Shown: piece after piece, positions 30,593-39,566 of the stretch
Layout: each line of letters begins with the position of its first letter
Position numbering within the stretch: position 1 is the stretch's first letter
DNA from: an uncultured Muribaculaceae bacterium
GTDB taxonomy: Bacteria; Bacillota_I; Bacilli_A; RF39; UBA660
Length of the DNA stretch: 64,000 nucleotides
Direction of reading: 5' to 3'
Assembly (NCBI GenBank): GCA_964369845.1
Contig: CAYJFJ010000001.1
Span: 42,044-106,043 of the forward strand
Notes under the pieces: model-generated
What the model was told of the DNA's origin: nothing
Databases searched by the model: none
What the model saw: the letters and a program-made list of their open reading frames with translations, nothing else
Translations under genes and position numbers: made by a program

Positions 30593-31372
30593 ATGAAGAA
30601 TATTTATAACGAGATGGTGTTCGAAGGAGTACCTAGAAAGCAAAGAGAAGAAATATTAAATTATATAAAAAATAGATATGAAGAGAATAAGATAATTTCA
30701 CCGTATATTGAAGATGTTTTTAAGTCTTATGAAATGATAGCATTAGAAGATGTAGATTTTATGCTTATGGGCAAAGACCCATTTAAAAGTTCTGATCTCG
30801 CAACTGGAAATGCATTTTCAGTTAAAGAAGGAGTGTATGAAACACCAGAGTATATTTTGAAAAAAATATGTGAAAACTTACCAGAGGATTATTTGGGTGA
30901 ATTGGGAATTTCTAAAAGAAAAACTGTAAATTTTAATAAAGTAATAAGTACAGATTTAGACTATTTAAATCAACAAGGAGTTTTACTAACAAATCTTGCT
31001 TTAACATTAAGAAATAACGCGAAAAGAAAAAATACAGAAAAAGATTTAAGAATATGGTATGAAAATTTCACGAAATTTAAATTAGAAAAATTACTAAGTA
31101 GTGATAAACCATTTGCTTCAATAGTATGTGGAAGAGAAGCTAACGAATATTTAAATATGTTTTTAGAAAATCATAAATTAAGAGATGATAAATTAATAAT
31201 ACAAGCTTCTCATCCTGCTTCAAATGGTAAACTTAAAAATTTAAATTGTGGAATACAATCATTTGACTCAACCGATTTTTCAGTACTACATGAATTTATG
31301 TATGAGCATTTAGGGAGATATATAGATTTTACAAAGTCATTTGAAACTAAAAATGTAAGAACTAGAAAGTAA
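30593..31372 (+). CDS. Family-1 uracil-DNA glycosylase-like protein with a variant active-site motif (GKDPFK in place of GQDPYH)
   Basis: Segments LMGKDPFKSSDLATGNAFSV, QGVLLTNLALTLR and QASHPASNG align with the UNG motifs GQDPYH...AHGLAFSV, GVLLLNTVLTVR and HPSPLS. Confidence 0.55.
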   Translation: MKNIYNEMVFEGVPRKQREEILNYIKNRYEENKIISPYIEDVFKSYEMIALEDVDFMLMGKDPFKSSDLATGNAFSVKEGVYETPEYILKKICENLPEDYLGELGISKRKTVNFNKVISTDLDYLNQQGVLLTNLALTLRNNAKRKNTEKDLRIWYENFTKFKLEKLLSSDKPFASIVCGREANEYLNMFLENHKLRDDKLIIQASHPASNGKLKNLNCGIQSFDSTDFSVLHEFMYEHLGRYIDFTKSFETKNVRTRK

Positions 31373-31432
31373 TTAAATCAATTACTTTTTTATATTGCAT
31401 AATAATGTTATAATATCTTTAGGAGAATAAGT

Positions 31433-32575
31433 ATGAAAAAAATTACAATAATAGCTTCACACTTAGAACATGGTGGAATAGAGCAAGCAATAGCAAGCGT
31501 TACATCAATGCTTATAAAAAAAGTAGATATTGAAGTAGTAGCGTTATATAAAACAAGTGAAAAACCAGCTTTTAAAATAGATGACAAAGTAAAAATAAAA
31601 TATTTAATAGATTCAAGTATACCTAGAGATATAAAAACAAAAGGTATTAAATATTTTATAAAAAACTTTAAGTTTTTAACTATTTTAAAAGCTATATACA
31701 TTAAATGTTTTTTAAGAAATAAAGTATTAAAAAACTATGTTAGTAAATCTTCATCTGACATAGTTATATCCACACATCTGTTTATGAATAAAAGTATAAA
31801 GAATTTCAAAGGTTATAAAGTATGTTGGGAACATAATCATCATAATAATGATTATAAGTTTATTAATAAAGTAAAAAGTAGTTCAAAATATATTAATGAA
31901 TTAGTAGTAGTAAATGATAATATAAGAAAATTTTACGAAGATATTTTTAAAGAAGATAATATAAATGTAAAGGTAACCTTTATACCTAATTTTATTGAAA
32001 TAAATAATACAAAATATTCAAAATTAAATACTAAAAATTTACTTGCAGTAGGTAGATTAGAAGAAGAAAAAGGCTTTTTAGATTTAATAGATATTATGAA
32101 TATTTTAGTAAAAAAAGATAATGAAATAACTTTGAATTTAGTAGGAGATGGCTCTTTATATAATGAGATAAAAACAAAGATAAAAACACTTAATTTAGAA
32201 AAAAATATTATAATGCATGGCTTTTTATCTAGAGAAAAAATAAATGATTTAACTTTAGTTAGTAGTTTATATTTAATGACAAGTTTTAAAGAAAGTTTTG
32301 GATTAGTAGTACTTGAAGCAGCTTCTTTTAAAGTGCCTACGATAACTTTTGATTCTGCTAAAGGTGTAGTAGATTTAATTGAAAATAAAAAAAATGGATA
32401 TGTTATTAAGTCAAGAAATAAAGAAAAATACGCATCACAAGTTATGAATCTTTTAAATAATAAAGAAGAGTTAGAATTATTGGGAGAAGAAGCTAATAAA
32501 ATAATATTTATATACTCAAAAGAAGAAAATGAAAAGTATTGGTTAAATCTAATAAATGGAGTAGTAAATGAATAA
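31433..32575 (+). CDS. GT1/GT4-family glycosyltransferase
   Basis: C-terminal motif FKESFGLVVLEAASFKVPTITFD. Confidence 0.75.
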   Translation: MKKITIIASHLEHGGIEQAIASVTSMLIKKVDIEVVALYKTSEKPAFKIDDKVKIKYLIDSSIPRDIKTKGIKYFIKNFKFLTILKAIYIKCFLRNKVLKNYVSKSSSDIVISTHLFMNKSIKNFKGYKVCWEHNHHNNDYKFINKVKSSSKYINELVVVNDNIRKFYEDIFKEDNINVKVTFIPNFIEINNTKYSKLNTKNLLAVGRLEEEKGFLDLIDIMNILVKKDNEITLNLVGDGSLYNEIKTKIKTLNLEKNIIMHGFLSREKINDLTLVSSLYLMTSFKESFGLVVLEAASFKVPTITFDSAKGVVDLIENKKNGYVIKSRNKEKYASQVMNLLNNKEELELLGEEANKIIFIYSKEENEKYWLNLINGVVNE

Positions 32576-33755
32576 AATAATAGAAAAATATTGGAATAGT
32601 ATAGTAATTATATTTTTATTTATGCAGCCACTTTTAGATTTACTAACAAGTTTATTTATAAATGTATTAGAAATAAACTTTACGATTGGAATAATTTTTA
32701 GAGTAATATTTTTACTCTTAGTAATCTACTATGGATTATTTATAAATAGAGTTTATTTAAAAAAGAAAATAATATATTTAATTATTTTAGGTATATACAG
32801 TATAATTTATTTAAGTGTAAATTATATATCAGTAACATCTTCATTTATTGAAATTCAAAATTTAGTTAAAGTATTATATTTACCACTTCTTATATTGTTT
32901 ATAGATAATATTAAAATTAAAGATAAATATTTAGTTTATATAACAGTTATATATTCATTACTAATAATAGTGCCTAGCATACTTGGAATAAATTTTAATG
33001 CATATACGCAAGGGAAAATAGGAACAGTAGGACTATTTAATTCTGCTAATGAAATAAGTGCAATTTTAACAATATTATTTCCTATATTATTTGTTTATAG
33101 TTTTAAAAAAGATTTAAAGAAAATAATATTTTTACTATGTATATTACCAATGTTTATGATAGGAAGTAAGATAGTAGTAGGAGCAGTGCTTGCAACTATT
33201 TTACTTATATTACCAACATATTTAAAGAAAAATAAAGTTAGTAAAAAAACTATTGGATTAACAAGTGTAATAGTTATATTATTAATAATTACATCTATTG
33301 TATTAGTGCCAAGAACAAACTTTTATAAAAATATAATTATCCATGCACAGTTTTTAGAGATAAATGAAGTAACAGATTTATTTTCTTACGAGTCTATTGA
33401 TAGATTTATATTTTCAGACAGATTAACATTTTTAGAAAATACACATGATTATTATATGTCTAGTAATATAGAAAATCAAATATTTGGAATAGGTTATATA
33501 TCTCAAGAAAAATTGATCGAAATGGATGTTTTTGATATATTTTATAGATTTGGATTAATAGGATTTCTAATTATATTTTATCCTTTAATTAGTAAATTGA
33601 AAAAAATAAATATTAAATCAAAAATAGAATATTTAGTATCTCTATTAATGATAATAATTTTAGCATTTATAGTAGGACATACTTTAGTAGCTCCGGCAGT
33701 ATCAATATACATATTTATAATTTTAAATAAATTAACAGAAAAACAAAGTTCTTGA
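32568..33755 (+). CDS. O-antigen polymerase/ligase-like (Wzy/WaaL family) polytopic membrane protein
   Basis: 395 aa with about 10-11 TM helices and a larger loop near the C-terminus. Located in a Wzx-containing locus. Confidence 0.55.
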   Translation: MNKIIEKYWNSIVIIFLFMQPLLDLLTSLFINVLEINFTIGIIFRVIFLLLVIYYGLFINRVYLKKKIIYLIILGIYSIIYLSVNYISVTSSFIEIQNLVKVLYLPLLILFIDNIKIKDKYLVYITVIYSLLIIVPSILGINFNAYTQGKIGTVGLFNSANEISAILTILFPILFVYSFKKDLKKIIFLLCILPMFMIGSKIVVGAVLATILLILPTYLKKNKVSKKTIGLTSVIVILLIITSIVLVPRTNFYKNIIIHAQFLEINEVTDLFSYESIDRFIFSDRLTFLENTHDYYMSSNIENQIFGIGYISQEKLIEMDVFDIFYRFGLIGFLIIFYPLISKLKKINIKSKIEYLVSLLMIIILAFIVGHTLVAPAVSIYIFIILNKLTEKQSS

Positions 33756-33969
33756 TTTTACAAACTAATAAATGTATAATGAAAAAGAAGAAAGATGGTA
33801 GTGATGAGTAAGAGAAAAAAAATAGTATATTCAATTTTAATATCAGTGTTAAGTGTTATAGCCATACTAGTATCAATTGATTAACAACAACTTTAAAAGC
33901 CTTTAAGGGCTTTTTTTATTACATAATAGACAACGAGTGAAGTTTTTGATAAAATGTATTTAAAGAAGG

Positions 33970-34827
33970 ATGTGTAAAATGAAAACGACATTTTTAATAG
34001 TAAACTATAATGATTATTTAACTACGATAGAATTAATTAATAATATTAAAGATTATAAATTAATAACAGAAATAGTAGTAGTAGATAATAATTCGACAGA
34101 TGCATCTTTTGAAAAACTTAGTGAACTTAAAATAAAAAAATTAACAGTTATTAAAAGTGAAAAAAATGGTGGATATTCATATGCACTAAATATAGGAAGC
34201 AGATATTTAATTGATAAATATGAAAGATGTAATATATTTATTAGTAATTCAGATATTATAATAAAGTCTGAAGAAGATTTAGAAAAATTAGTTGAAAAAA
34301 TTAATGAAAGAACAGTAGTAGTAGCACCTAAAATAAATACTCATGGAGTTATAAGTTATGGATGGAGATTACCACGTCCTATGGATGAAGTCTTATTTAA
34401 TATTCCAGGTATACAAAATAAGGTAAAAGAAAAAATGGACTATGATGAATTTTATTTTGACAAAAAAAATAAAACAGTAGATGCTGTTTCGGGATGTTTT
34501 TTTCTTATAGATTCAAGGCATTTAGAAAAAACAAAATATTTTGATGATAAAGTATTTTTATATTATGAAGAAAATATACTTGCTACTAAAACAAAAAAAT
34601 CTAATAAAAGAACATTATTAGTATTTGATGTTGAAGTACTTCATAATCACTCAGTAACTATTAATAAACATGTAAAGAAAATTAATAAAGTTAAAATTCA
34701 AAAAAAATCACAATTATATTTTGAAAAAAAATATAATAATGCTAATTTTTATGAAATATTATTACTGCGATTAACAGCATTTTTAGCAATAATTTTATTA
34801 AGTATTAAATATAAAGTAGGTAAATAA
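33970..34827 (+). CDS. GT2-family glycosyltransferase
   Basis: Segments FLIVNYNDY...VVVDNNSTD and GGYSYALN. Confidence 0.7.
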   Translation: MCKMKTTFLIVNYNDYLTTIELINNIKDYKLITEIVVVDNNSTDASFEKLSELKIKKLTVIKSEKNGGYSYALNIGSRYLIDKYERCNIFISNSDIIIKSEEDLEKLVEKINERTVVVAPKINTHGVISYGWRLPRPMDEVLFNIPGIQNKVKEKMDYDEFYFDKKNKTVDAVSGCFFLIDSRHLEKTKYFDDKVFLYYEENILATKTKKSNKRTLLVFDVEVLHNHSVTINKHVKKINKVKIQKKSQLYFEKKYNNANFYEILLLRLTAFLAIILLSIKYKVGK

Positions 34828-34828
34828 T

Positions 34829-35296
34829 ATGAAAAAAGTAATGTTTATAGCAAGTGCGGGCGGGCATTTAGATGAATTAATGCAGTTAAAACCAATATTT
34901 AAAAAGTATAAATATAGTTTGATTACAGAAAAAATTAAAAGTAATGATTCATTAAAAGAAAAGTTTGATAATGTACATTTTTTAGTGTTTGGAAGTAAAA
35001 GTAAAATATTTACATATTTGTTTAAATTCACTTTTAATTGTTTTAAATCATTATTCTTGTATATCAAGATAAGACCTAAAGTTATAGTTACAACTGGAAC
35101 ACATACAGCAGTTCCTATGTGTTATATAGGTAAACTTTTTGGCAGTAAAATAATATTCATTGAAACATTTGCTAATCAAAATACTAAAACTATGGCGGGT
35201 AGACTAGTATATCCAATAGCGAATGTATTTATAGTGCAGTGGGCAAGTATGTTAGAGTTATATCCTAAAGCTGTATATGAAGGGTGGATTTATTAA
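34829..35296 (+). CDS. Alg14-like membrane-anchoring subunit of a split UDP-GlcNAc transferase
   Basis: 155 aa. Motif FIASAGGHLDELMQL typical of Alg14/EpsF/Cps14F. Confidence 0.65.
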   Translation: MKKVMFIASAGGHLDELMQLKPIFKKYKYSLITEKIKSNDSLKEKFDNVHFLVFGSKSKIFTYLFKFTFNCFKSLFLYIKIRPKVIVTTGTHTAVPMCYIGKLFGSKIIFIETFANQNTKTMAGRLVYPIANVFIVQWASMLELYPKAVYEGWIY

Positions 35297-35775
35297 TGAT
35301 TTTGGTAACACTAGGAACTCAAGATAAAAGTTTTGTAAGGCTTTTAAATCAAATAGAAGAAGAAATAAAAAAAGGGAATATTGTAGATAAAGTAGTAGTT
35401 CAAGCTGGTAATACAAAATTTACCTCAGAAAATATAGAAGTTTTAGATTTTGTTGAATATGAAAAGTTTAATAAATTAATCAAATCATGTGATTTGTTAA
35501 TTACTCATGGCGGAGTAGGATCAATTATAACAGGTCTTAAGAATAATAAAAAAGTAATAGGAGTCGCAAGACTTAAAAAATATCATGAACATGAAAATGA
35601 TCATCAAGAACAAATTTTAAAATCATTCAAAGAAAAAAATTTCATATTAGTTTGTGATGAATTGGAGAATTTAAACGAAGTTTTAAAAAAAGTAGATACA
35701 TTTAAACCTACGAAATATATTAGTAATACTAGTGGGATGAGAAGTGCAGTTAAAATGTATATTGACAGTTTTTAA
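35284..35775 (+). CDS. Alg13-like catalytic subunit (Glyco_tran_28_C) of a split UDP-GlcNAc transferase
   Basis: Segments ILVTLGTQDKSF and ITHGGVGSI. Overlaps the Alg14-like gene. Confidence 0.65.
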   Translation: MDLLMILVTLGTQDKSFVRLLNQIEEEIKKGNIVDKVVVQAGNTKFTSENIEVLDFVEYEKFNKLIKSCDLLITHGGVGSIITGLKNNKKVIGVARLKKYHEHENDHQEQILKSFKEKNFILVCDELENLNEVLKKVDTFKPTKYISNTSGMRSAVKMYIDSF

Positions 35776-35847
35776 AAAAAAGTTTTAAAAATACCTTGCA
35801 AAATTAGCAGATTTATAATAAAATCATTAAAGCGTGAGGTAAAAAAG

Positions 35848-35919
35848 ATGACAGTAACAGCAAAATTAACATGTGTATTATTATCAATCATGGTTTTATG
35901 TATAATTTTGACAATATAA
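35848..35919 (+). CDS. Possible 23-aa hydrophobic peptide (MTVTAKLTCVLLSIMVLCIILTI). Absent from the ORF track.
   Basis: ATG preceded by GAGGT 8 nt upstream. Entirely a TM-like peptide. Sits between the glycopolymer locus and the SipW-signal gene cluster. Confidence 0.25.
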   Translation: MTVTAKLTCVLLSIMVLCIILTI

Positions 35920-36015
35920 AATAAAGGATGCAAGTGTAAATGCATTCTTTTTTTTCTTTATGATTGTTTACTTAAAAAAATTATGATAATATATATATAA
36001 GATAGGTGAAAAAAT

Positions 36016-37155
36016 ATGTGGATTATAAATAAATTTAAATCAATGAAAAAAGAAACAGCAATTATTATGGTAAGTGTTATTGCTTTAACAATATCTACTC
36101 TAGGCTTTTCATACGCAGCATTTTTTGACATCAGTACATCAAGTGGAAGTAATGTAATAACTACTGGAGACTTATCAGTTACATTTGGTAATTCATCGTC
36201 AACTATTATAAATAATGAAATGGTTCCACAAGCTGACGCTGTAGGGCTAGCAAGTTCTAGTTTAAGCACACTTTATTTACAAAATGATGGAATATACAAT
36301 GCAAGTTTCATTATGAGTATTGGTTATGATAGTGATGCATTTATTTCAAGTACTGGATATACTTCTGGTGATGAAATGGTACCACTTGAATTTTTAAAAG
36401 CAGCAGTTTTTGCTTATGATAATGAAACTAAGCAAATGATTCAAGTAAGCGACGTTATTAAATTATCGGATTTACCAGTAAATAGTTATGATTCTAGCAA
36501 TACATTAAATAATGAATATGTTTTGTTTGAAGATGAAATAGGAAAGACATCATCTGGAAATAATAATAAGACTTATGCTATAAAAGTATGGCTTGATGAA
36601 TTTACGCCAGATACTTATACAAATCATAAATTGTATTTAAAGTTAAATGTTATTTCAACTGTTACAGAATCTAGAATGAATTACAATGTATCTGGAGTTT
36701 TGAAAGATGAAACTGGGAGCGTATTACCAAATGCAGAAATAAATCTTCAAAATGGTTCATTTAAAACAACGACTGATTCATCTGGTAATTATACATTAAA
36801 TGATTTAAGAGAAGGTGTTTATGATATTCAAATTACAACGCAGTCAAGTGAAGTAATTAATGGAACATTTAAAGTTGTAGAATCAACAGAAGAAAAAATT
36901 CAAAAATATCAAACATCACATACTATTACATCTGGTGATAACTTAAGTAAAATAGCTTATATATATTCAAGTACGACAGATCAAATCAGAGGAGTAAATG
37001 AAATATATCATACATCTAATAATGTGACTTTAGTAAATGGTGATAGTTTAATAATCCCGAACGTATATATAATAAATGGTGGAACTAATGCAAACATGGC
37101 TAATGTAACTATAGAAGTTAGTGGTGGAAGTATTAGCAAGATAAGTAAAAATTAG
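36016..37155 (+). CDS. Secreted TasA/camelysin-family protein with a SipW-cognate-type signal peptide, fused to a CarboxypepD_reg-like domain and a LysM domain
   Basis: - Signal and cleavage region ...LTISTLGFSYAAFFDISTSSGSNVITTGDLSV. Compare TasA ...AFNDIKS..ATFASGTLDLS and camelysin FFSDKE..FAAGTLDL.
- CarboxypepD_reg-like segment SGVLKDETGSVLPNAEINLQNGSFKTTTDSSGNYTLNDLREGVYDIQI.
- LysM segment HTITSGDNLSKIAYIY...DQIRGVNEI...VTLVNGDSLIIP. Confidence 0.55.
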   Translation: MWIINKFKSMKKETAIIMVSVIALTISTLGFSYAAFFDISTSSGSNVITTGDLSVTFGNSSSTIINNEMVPQADAVGLASSSLSTLYLQNDGIYNASFIMSIGYDSDAFISSTGYTSGDEMVPLEFLKAAVFAYDNETKQMIQVSDVIKLSDLPVNSYDSSNTLNNEYVLFEDEIGKTSSGNNNKTYAIKVWLDEFTPDTYTNHKLYLKLNVISTVTESRMNYNVSGVLKDETGSVLPNAEINLQNGSFKTTTDSSGNYTLNDLREGVYDIQITTQSSEVINGTFKVVESTEEKIQKYQTSHTITSGDNLSKIAYIYSSTTDQIRGVNEIYHTSNNVTLVNGDSLIIPNVYIINGGTNANMANVTIEVSGGSISKISKN

Positions 37156-37164
37156 GAGAAAAGA

Positions 37165-37803
37165 ATGAAAAAGGAAAAAAGAAACAAATTAACATTAATA
37201 ATTTTGACAATATTAATATTATTATTTACTTCTATTACAGCTACATTTGCATACTTTACTGCAACAGGAACAAGTAATGTAATAAATAGATATAAAATTT
37301 CAACACCTGTTTATGGAAGGGCTTATACTTCATCAGGAGGAAATATAAATTTAGAAGTATCTGGAGAATTGATGCACGCATCATCAGCAAGCTCTGTTAC
37401 ACCTGCTGCTGTTGCAAAGATAGATGATGCATTATCAATAACAGTTGAAACATCTAGTGAGGGTGGAACAACTACATGTAATTATGATATAGTCTATGAG
37501 CCGAACGTTGCATATATGGCTAGTGCAGAAAATGTATCAAATTCGAAAGAATTTACAATAAAAATTGAATCAAATTTACAAAAAGATATAACTGGTGAAG
37601 TTAATTTAAATAACGTTACTGAAAAAATAGTTTTAGCAGATAATTTAGAAGTTGAAGCAACTGGTATTTCGTTATCTAAAACAGAAGTTATAAGTGCAGA
37701 AGTATCATTTTACAATCAAATATTTAATCAAGATGACAATAAAGATATCACATTTGGTGGAAGGCTTTACATCGAAGATTTAACTTGTGAAACAATTAAT
37801 TAA
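37165..37803 (+). CDS. Small secreted protein with a SipW-cognate-type signal peptide (ATFAYFTA)
   Basis: RBS AGGAGAA. N-terminus MKKEKRNKLTLIILTILILLFTSITATFAYFTATGTS. Shares TCNYDIVYEP and C-terminal GG...C motifs with the next gene. Confidence 0.5.
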   Translation: MKKEKRNKLTLIILTILILLFTSITATFAYFTATGTSNVINRYKISTPVYGRAYTSSGGNINLEVSGELMHASSASSVTPAAVAKIDDALSITVETSSEGGTTTCNYDIVYEPNVAYMASAENVSNSKEFTIKIESNLQKDITGEVNLNNVTEKIVLADNLEVEATGISLSKTEVISAEVSFYNQIFNQDDNKDITFGGRLYIEDLTCETIN

Positions 37804-37810
37804 AAAATGC

Positions 37811-37839
37811 TTGCAAAATAAAAAAAAAAGTGATAATAT
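37811..37839 (+). promoter_or_regulatory. Strong promoter for the third SipW-signal gene
   Basis: TTGCAA (37811-37816), a 17-nt spacer, then TGaTAATAT (extended -10, 37831-37839). Confidence 0.5.
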
Positions 37840-37865
37840 TTTATTATAGTAGAGAGGAAAAAGTC

Positions 37866-38543
37866 ATGGAAAATAAAAAAAACACAATGCTATTAACAGT
37901 AATCGCAATAGCAACATTATTAGTAGCAGTAGTAGGAGCAACATTCGCTTACTTTACAGCTGCTAACTCAAACAGTGCTGCATCTGATGTTCAAGTACAA
38001 ACTAAATCAGTAGATACAGTGAGTTCAAGTTCAACTGATACTGATTTAACAATTGAACCTGAAGATATGCTACAAACTGCGGGAAATAATAATTTCAGCG
38101 TATACAAAAGTAGTAATACTGCATCAGTAACTATGGAAAATGAAGTAGGTACTGGTGGAGGTACAAATACTTGTACTTATGATGTTGTTTATACTCCAAA
38201 AGTTGACGGTGCATTCGTTTACGCTTTAGGTAATACTTCAAACCTTAAAGAATTTACTCTTCAAGGAACTGGAGCTATAACTGGAGCTACTGCATCTGCA
38301 ACTTCATCAACTGTAGCTATTCCAGAAGCTGATTTAGCTGGAGCAACTAATGCTACTCCTGTAACATTATTAGATAACGCTACGTTTGCTGTAACTGGTG
38401 CTGTAAATGTTGAAACTTCTGCAACATTAACTTGGACAATGGAAGTAAGATTCTATAACTTAGCTGTTGATCAAAGTTCAAATGCTGGTAAAACTTATGG
38501 TGGAACTATTTCATTTGAAAACGTTAACTGCGTAAATAGTTAA
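37866..38543 (+). CDS. Small secreted protein with a SipW-cognate-type signal peptide (ATFAYFTA). Probably the abundant major subunit. The true start is the ATG at 37866, not the track's 37830.
   Basis: RBS GAGAGG precedes the ATG at 37866. The track start at 37830 lies inside the promoter. N-terminus MENKKNTMLLTVIAIATLLVAVVGATFAYFTAANS. Codon usage is shifted towards gct/act/ggt/gta, typical of highly expressed genes. A strong terminator follows. Confidence 0.5.
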   Translation: MENKKNTMLLTVIAIATLLVAVVGATFAYFTAANSNSAASDVQVQTKSVDTVSSSSTDTDLTIEPEDMLQTAGNNNFSVYKSSNTASVTMENEVGTGGGTNTCTYDVVYTPKVDGAFVYALGNTSNLKEFTLQGTGAITGATASATSSTVAIPEADLAGATNATPVTLLDNATFAVTGAVNVETSATLTWTMEVRFYNLAVDQSSNAGKTYGGTISFENVNCVNS

Positions 38544-38557
38544 TTTGAAATTATAAG

Positions 38558-38582
38558 AAAAGACAATTTGTCTTTTTTTTTG
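38558..38582 (+). terminator. Strong rho-independent terminator
   Basis: Hairpin AAAGACAAtttGTCTTT followed by a T9 run. Confidence 0.65.
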
Positions 38583-38636
38583 TTTTCTAAAATTAATTGA
38601 TATGATATAATTATTTTATAGAAAAGAGTGGTATAA

Positions 38637-39566
38637 ATGAAGAAGGTATTAGTAATAGGAGCAGCTGGAACAGTAGGTTTAGAGTTGTTAAAACATTTAC
38701 TAACTGAGGGTAAATATAATATTACTGCACTTGATTTAAAAAACAGTAATGTTCATAACAAACTTAAAAAATATAAAAAAAGAATGAATATTATATATGC
38801 AGATGCATGTGATAGAATATTAATTGAATCAGTAGTAAAAGATCATGATTATATAATAAATTTAGCTACTGTTTTGCCACCATTTGGATTAATAAAAAAA
38901 ACTTTAACAAAAACTATAGAATTTGATATAGTAGAAAATTTATGTAGAGCAATATCATATTATAATCCTAATTGTCACCTAGTTGAGGCATCATCAACAT
39001 CGTTATATGCTTCTTCAGATAAATTAAAAAAAGTTACATCTGAAATTAAAATAGATAAATACGATTACTATTCTATGTTTAAAAATAAAGCAGAAAAACT
39101 AATAAGAGAGAAAGTGAAAAAGTATACAATAGTAAGAGTGCCGCTTGTACTAGATAACGATCCAGATAAACCTTTTATTTTAGGAGTTAAAGAGGGAGAA
39201 AACTTTTCATGTATTACTAAAAAAGATGCAGCATATGCATTTTGTAAAGTATTAGAGCATTTAGACGAGTTAAATAAGAAAGAAATTAACATAGCAGGAG
39301 CAGAAGAATTCAATTTACCATATAAAGAGTTATATAACAAATTAATTAAATATAGAGGTATTGGAATGGATATGTTATTTCAAACATTATTTTTCGAAAA
39401 AAAATATAAATCACCAGTATGTGAAGATGTAAGTAAATTTAATGATATATTAGATTATCAAACTGATAATTTAGAAAATTATTTTTCTAGATTGAAGTAT
39501 AGTAGTAGACATAGAAAGCTTCAATTATTATTAGGAAAACTTCATAATAAAATTTGGAGAAAGTAA
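38637..39566 (+). CDS. NAD(P)-dependent epimerase/dehydratase-family (Rossmann) protein
   Basis: N-terminus MKKVLVIGAAGTVGLELLKHLL. Confidence 0.55.
   Translation: MKKVLVIGAAGTVGLELLKHLLTEGKYNITALDLKNSNVHNKLKKYKKRMNIIYADACDRILIESVVKDHDYIINLATVLPPFGLIKKTLTKTIEFDIVENLCRAISYYNPNCHLVEASSTSLYASSDKLKKVTSEIKIDKYDYYSMFKNKAEKLIREKVKKYTIVRVPLVLDNDPDKPFILGVKEGENFSCITKKDAAYAFCKVLEHLDELNKKEINIAGAEEFNLPYKELYNKLIKYRGIGMDMLFQTLFFEKKYKSPVCEDVSKFNDILDYQTDNLENYFSRLKYSSRHRKLQLLLGKLHNKIWRK

Noticed and set aside
37830-37865. Track start codon at 37830 for the third SipW-signal gene
   Set aside because: That ATG sits inside the -10 region of the gene's own promoter. The ATG at 37866 with RBS GAGAGG is the credible start.
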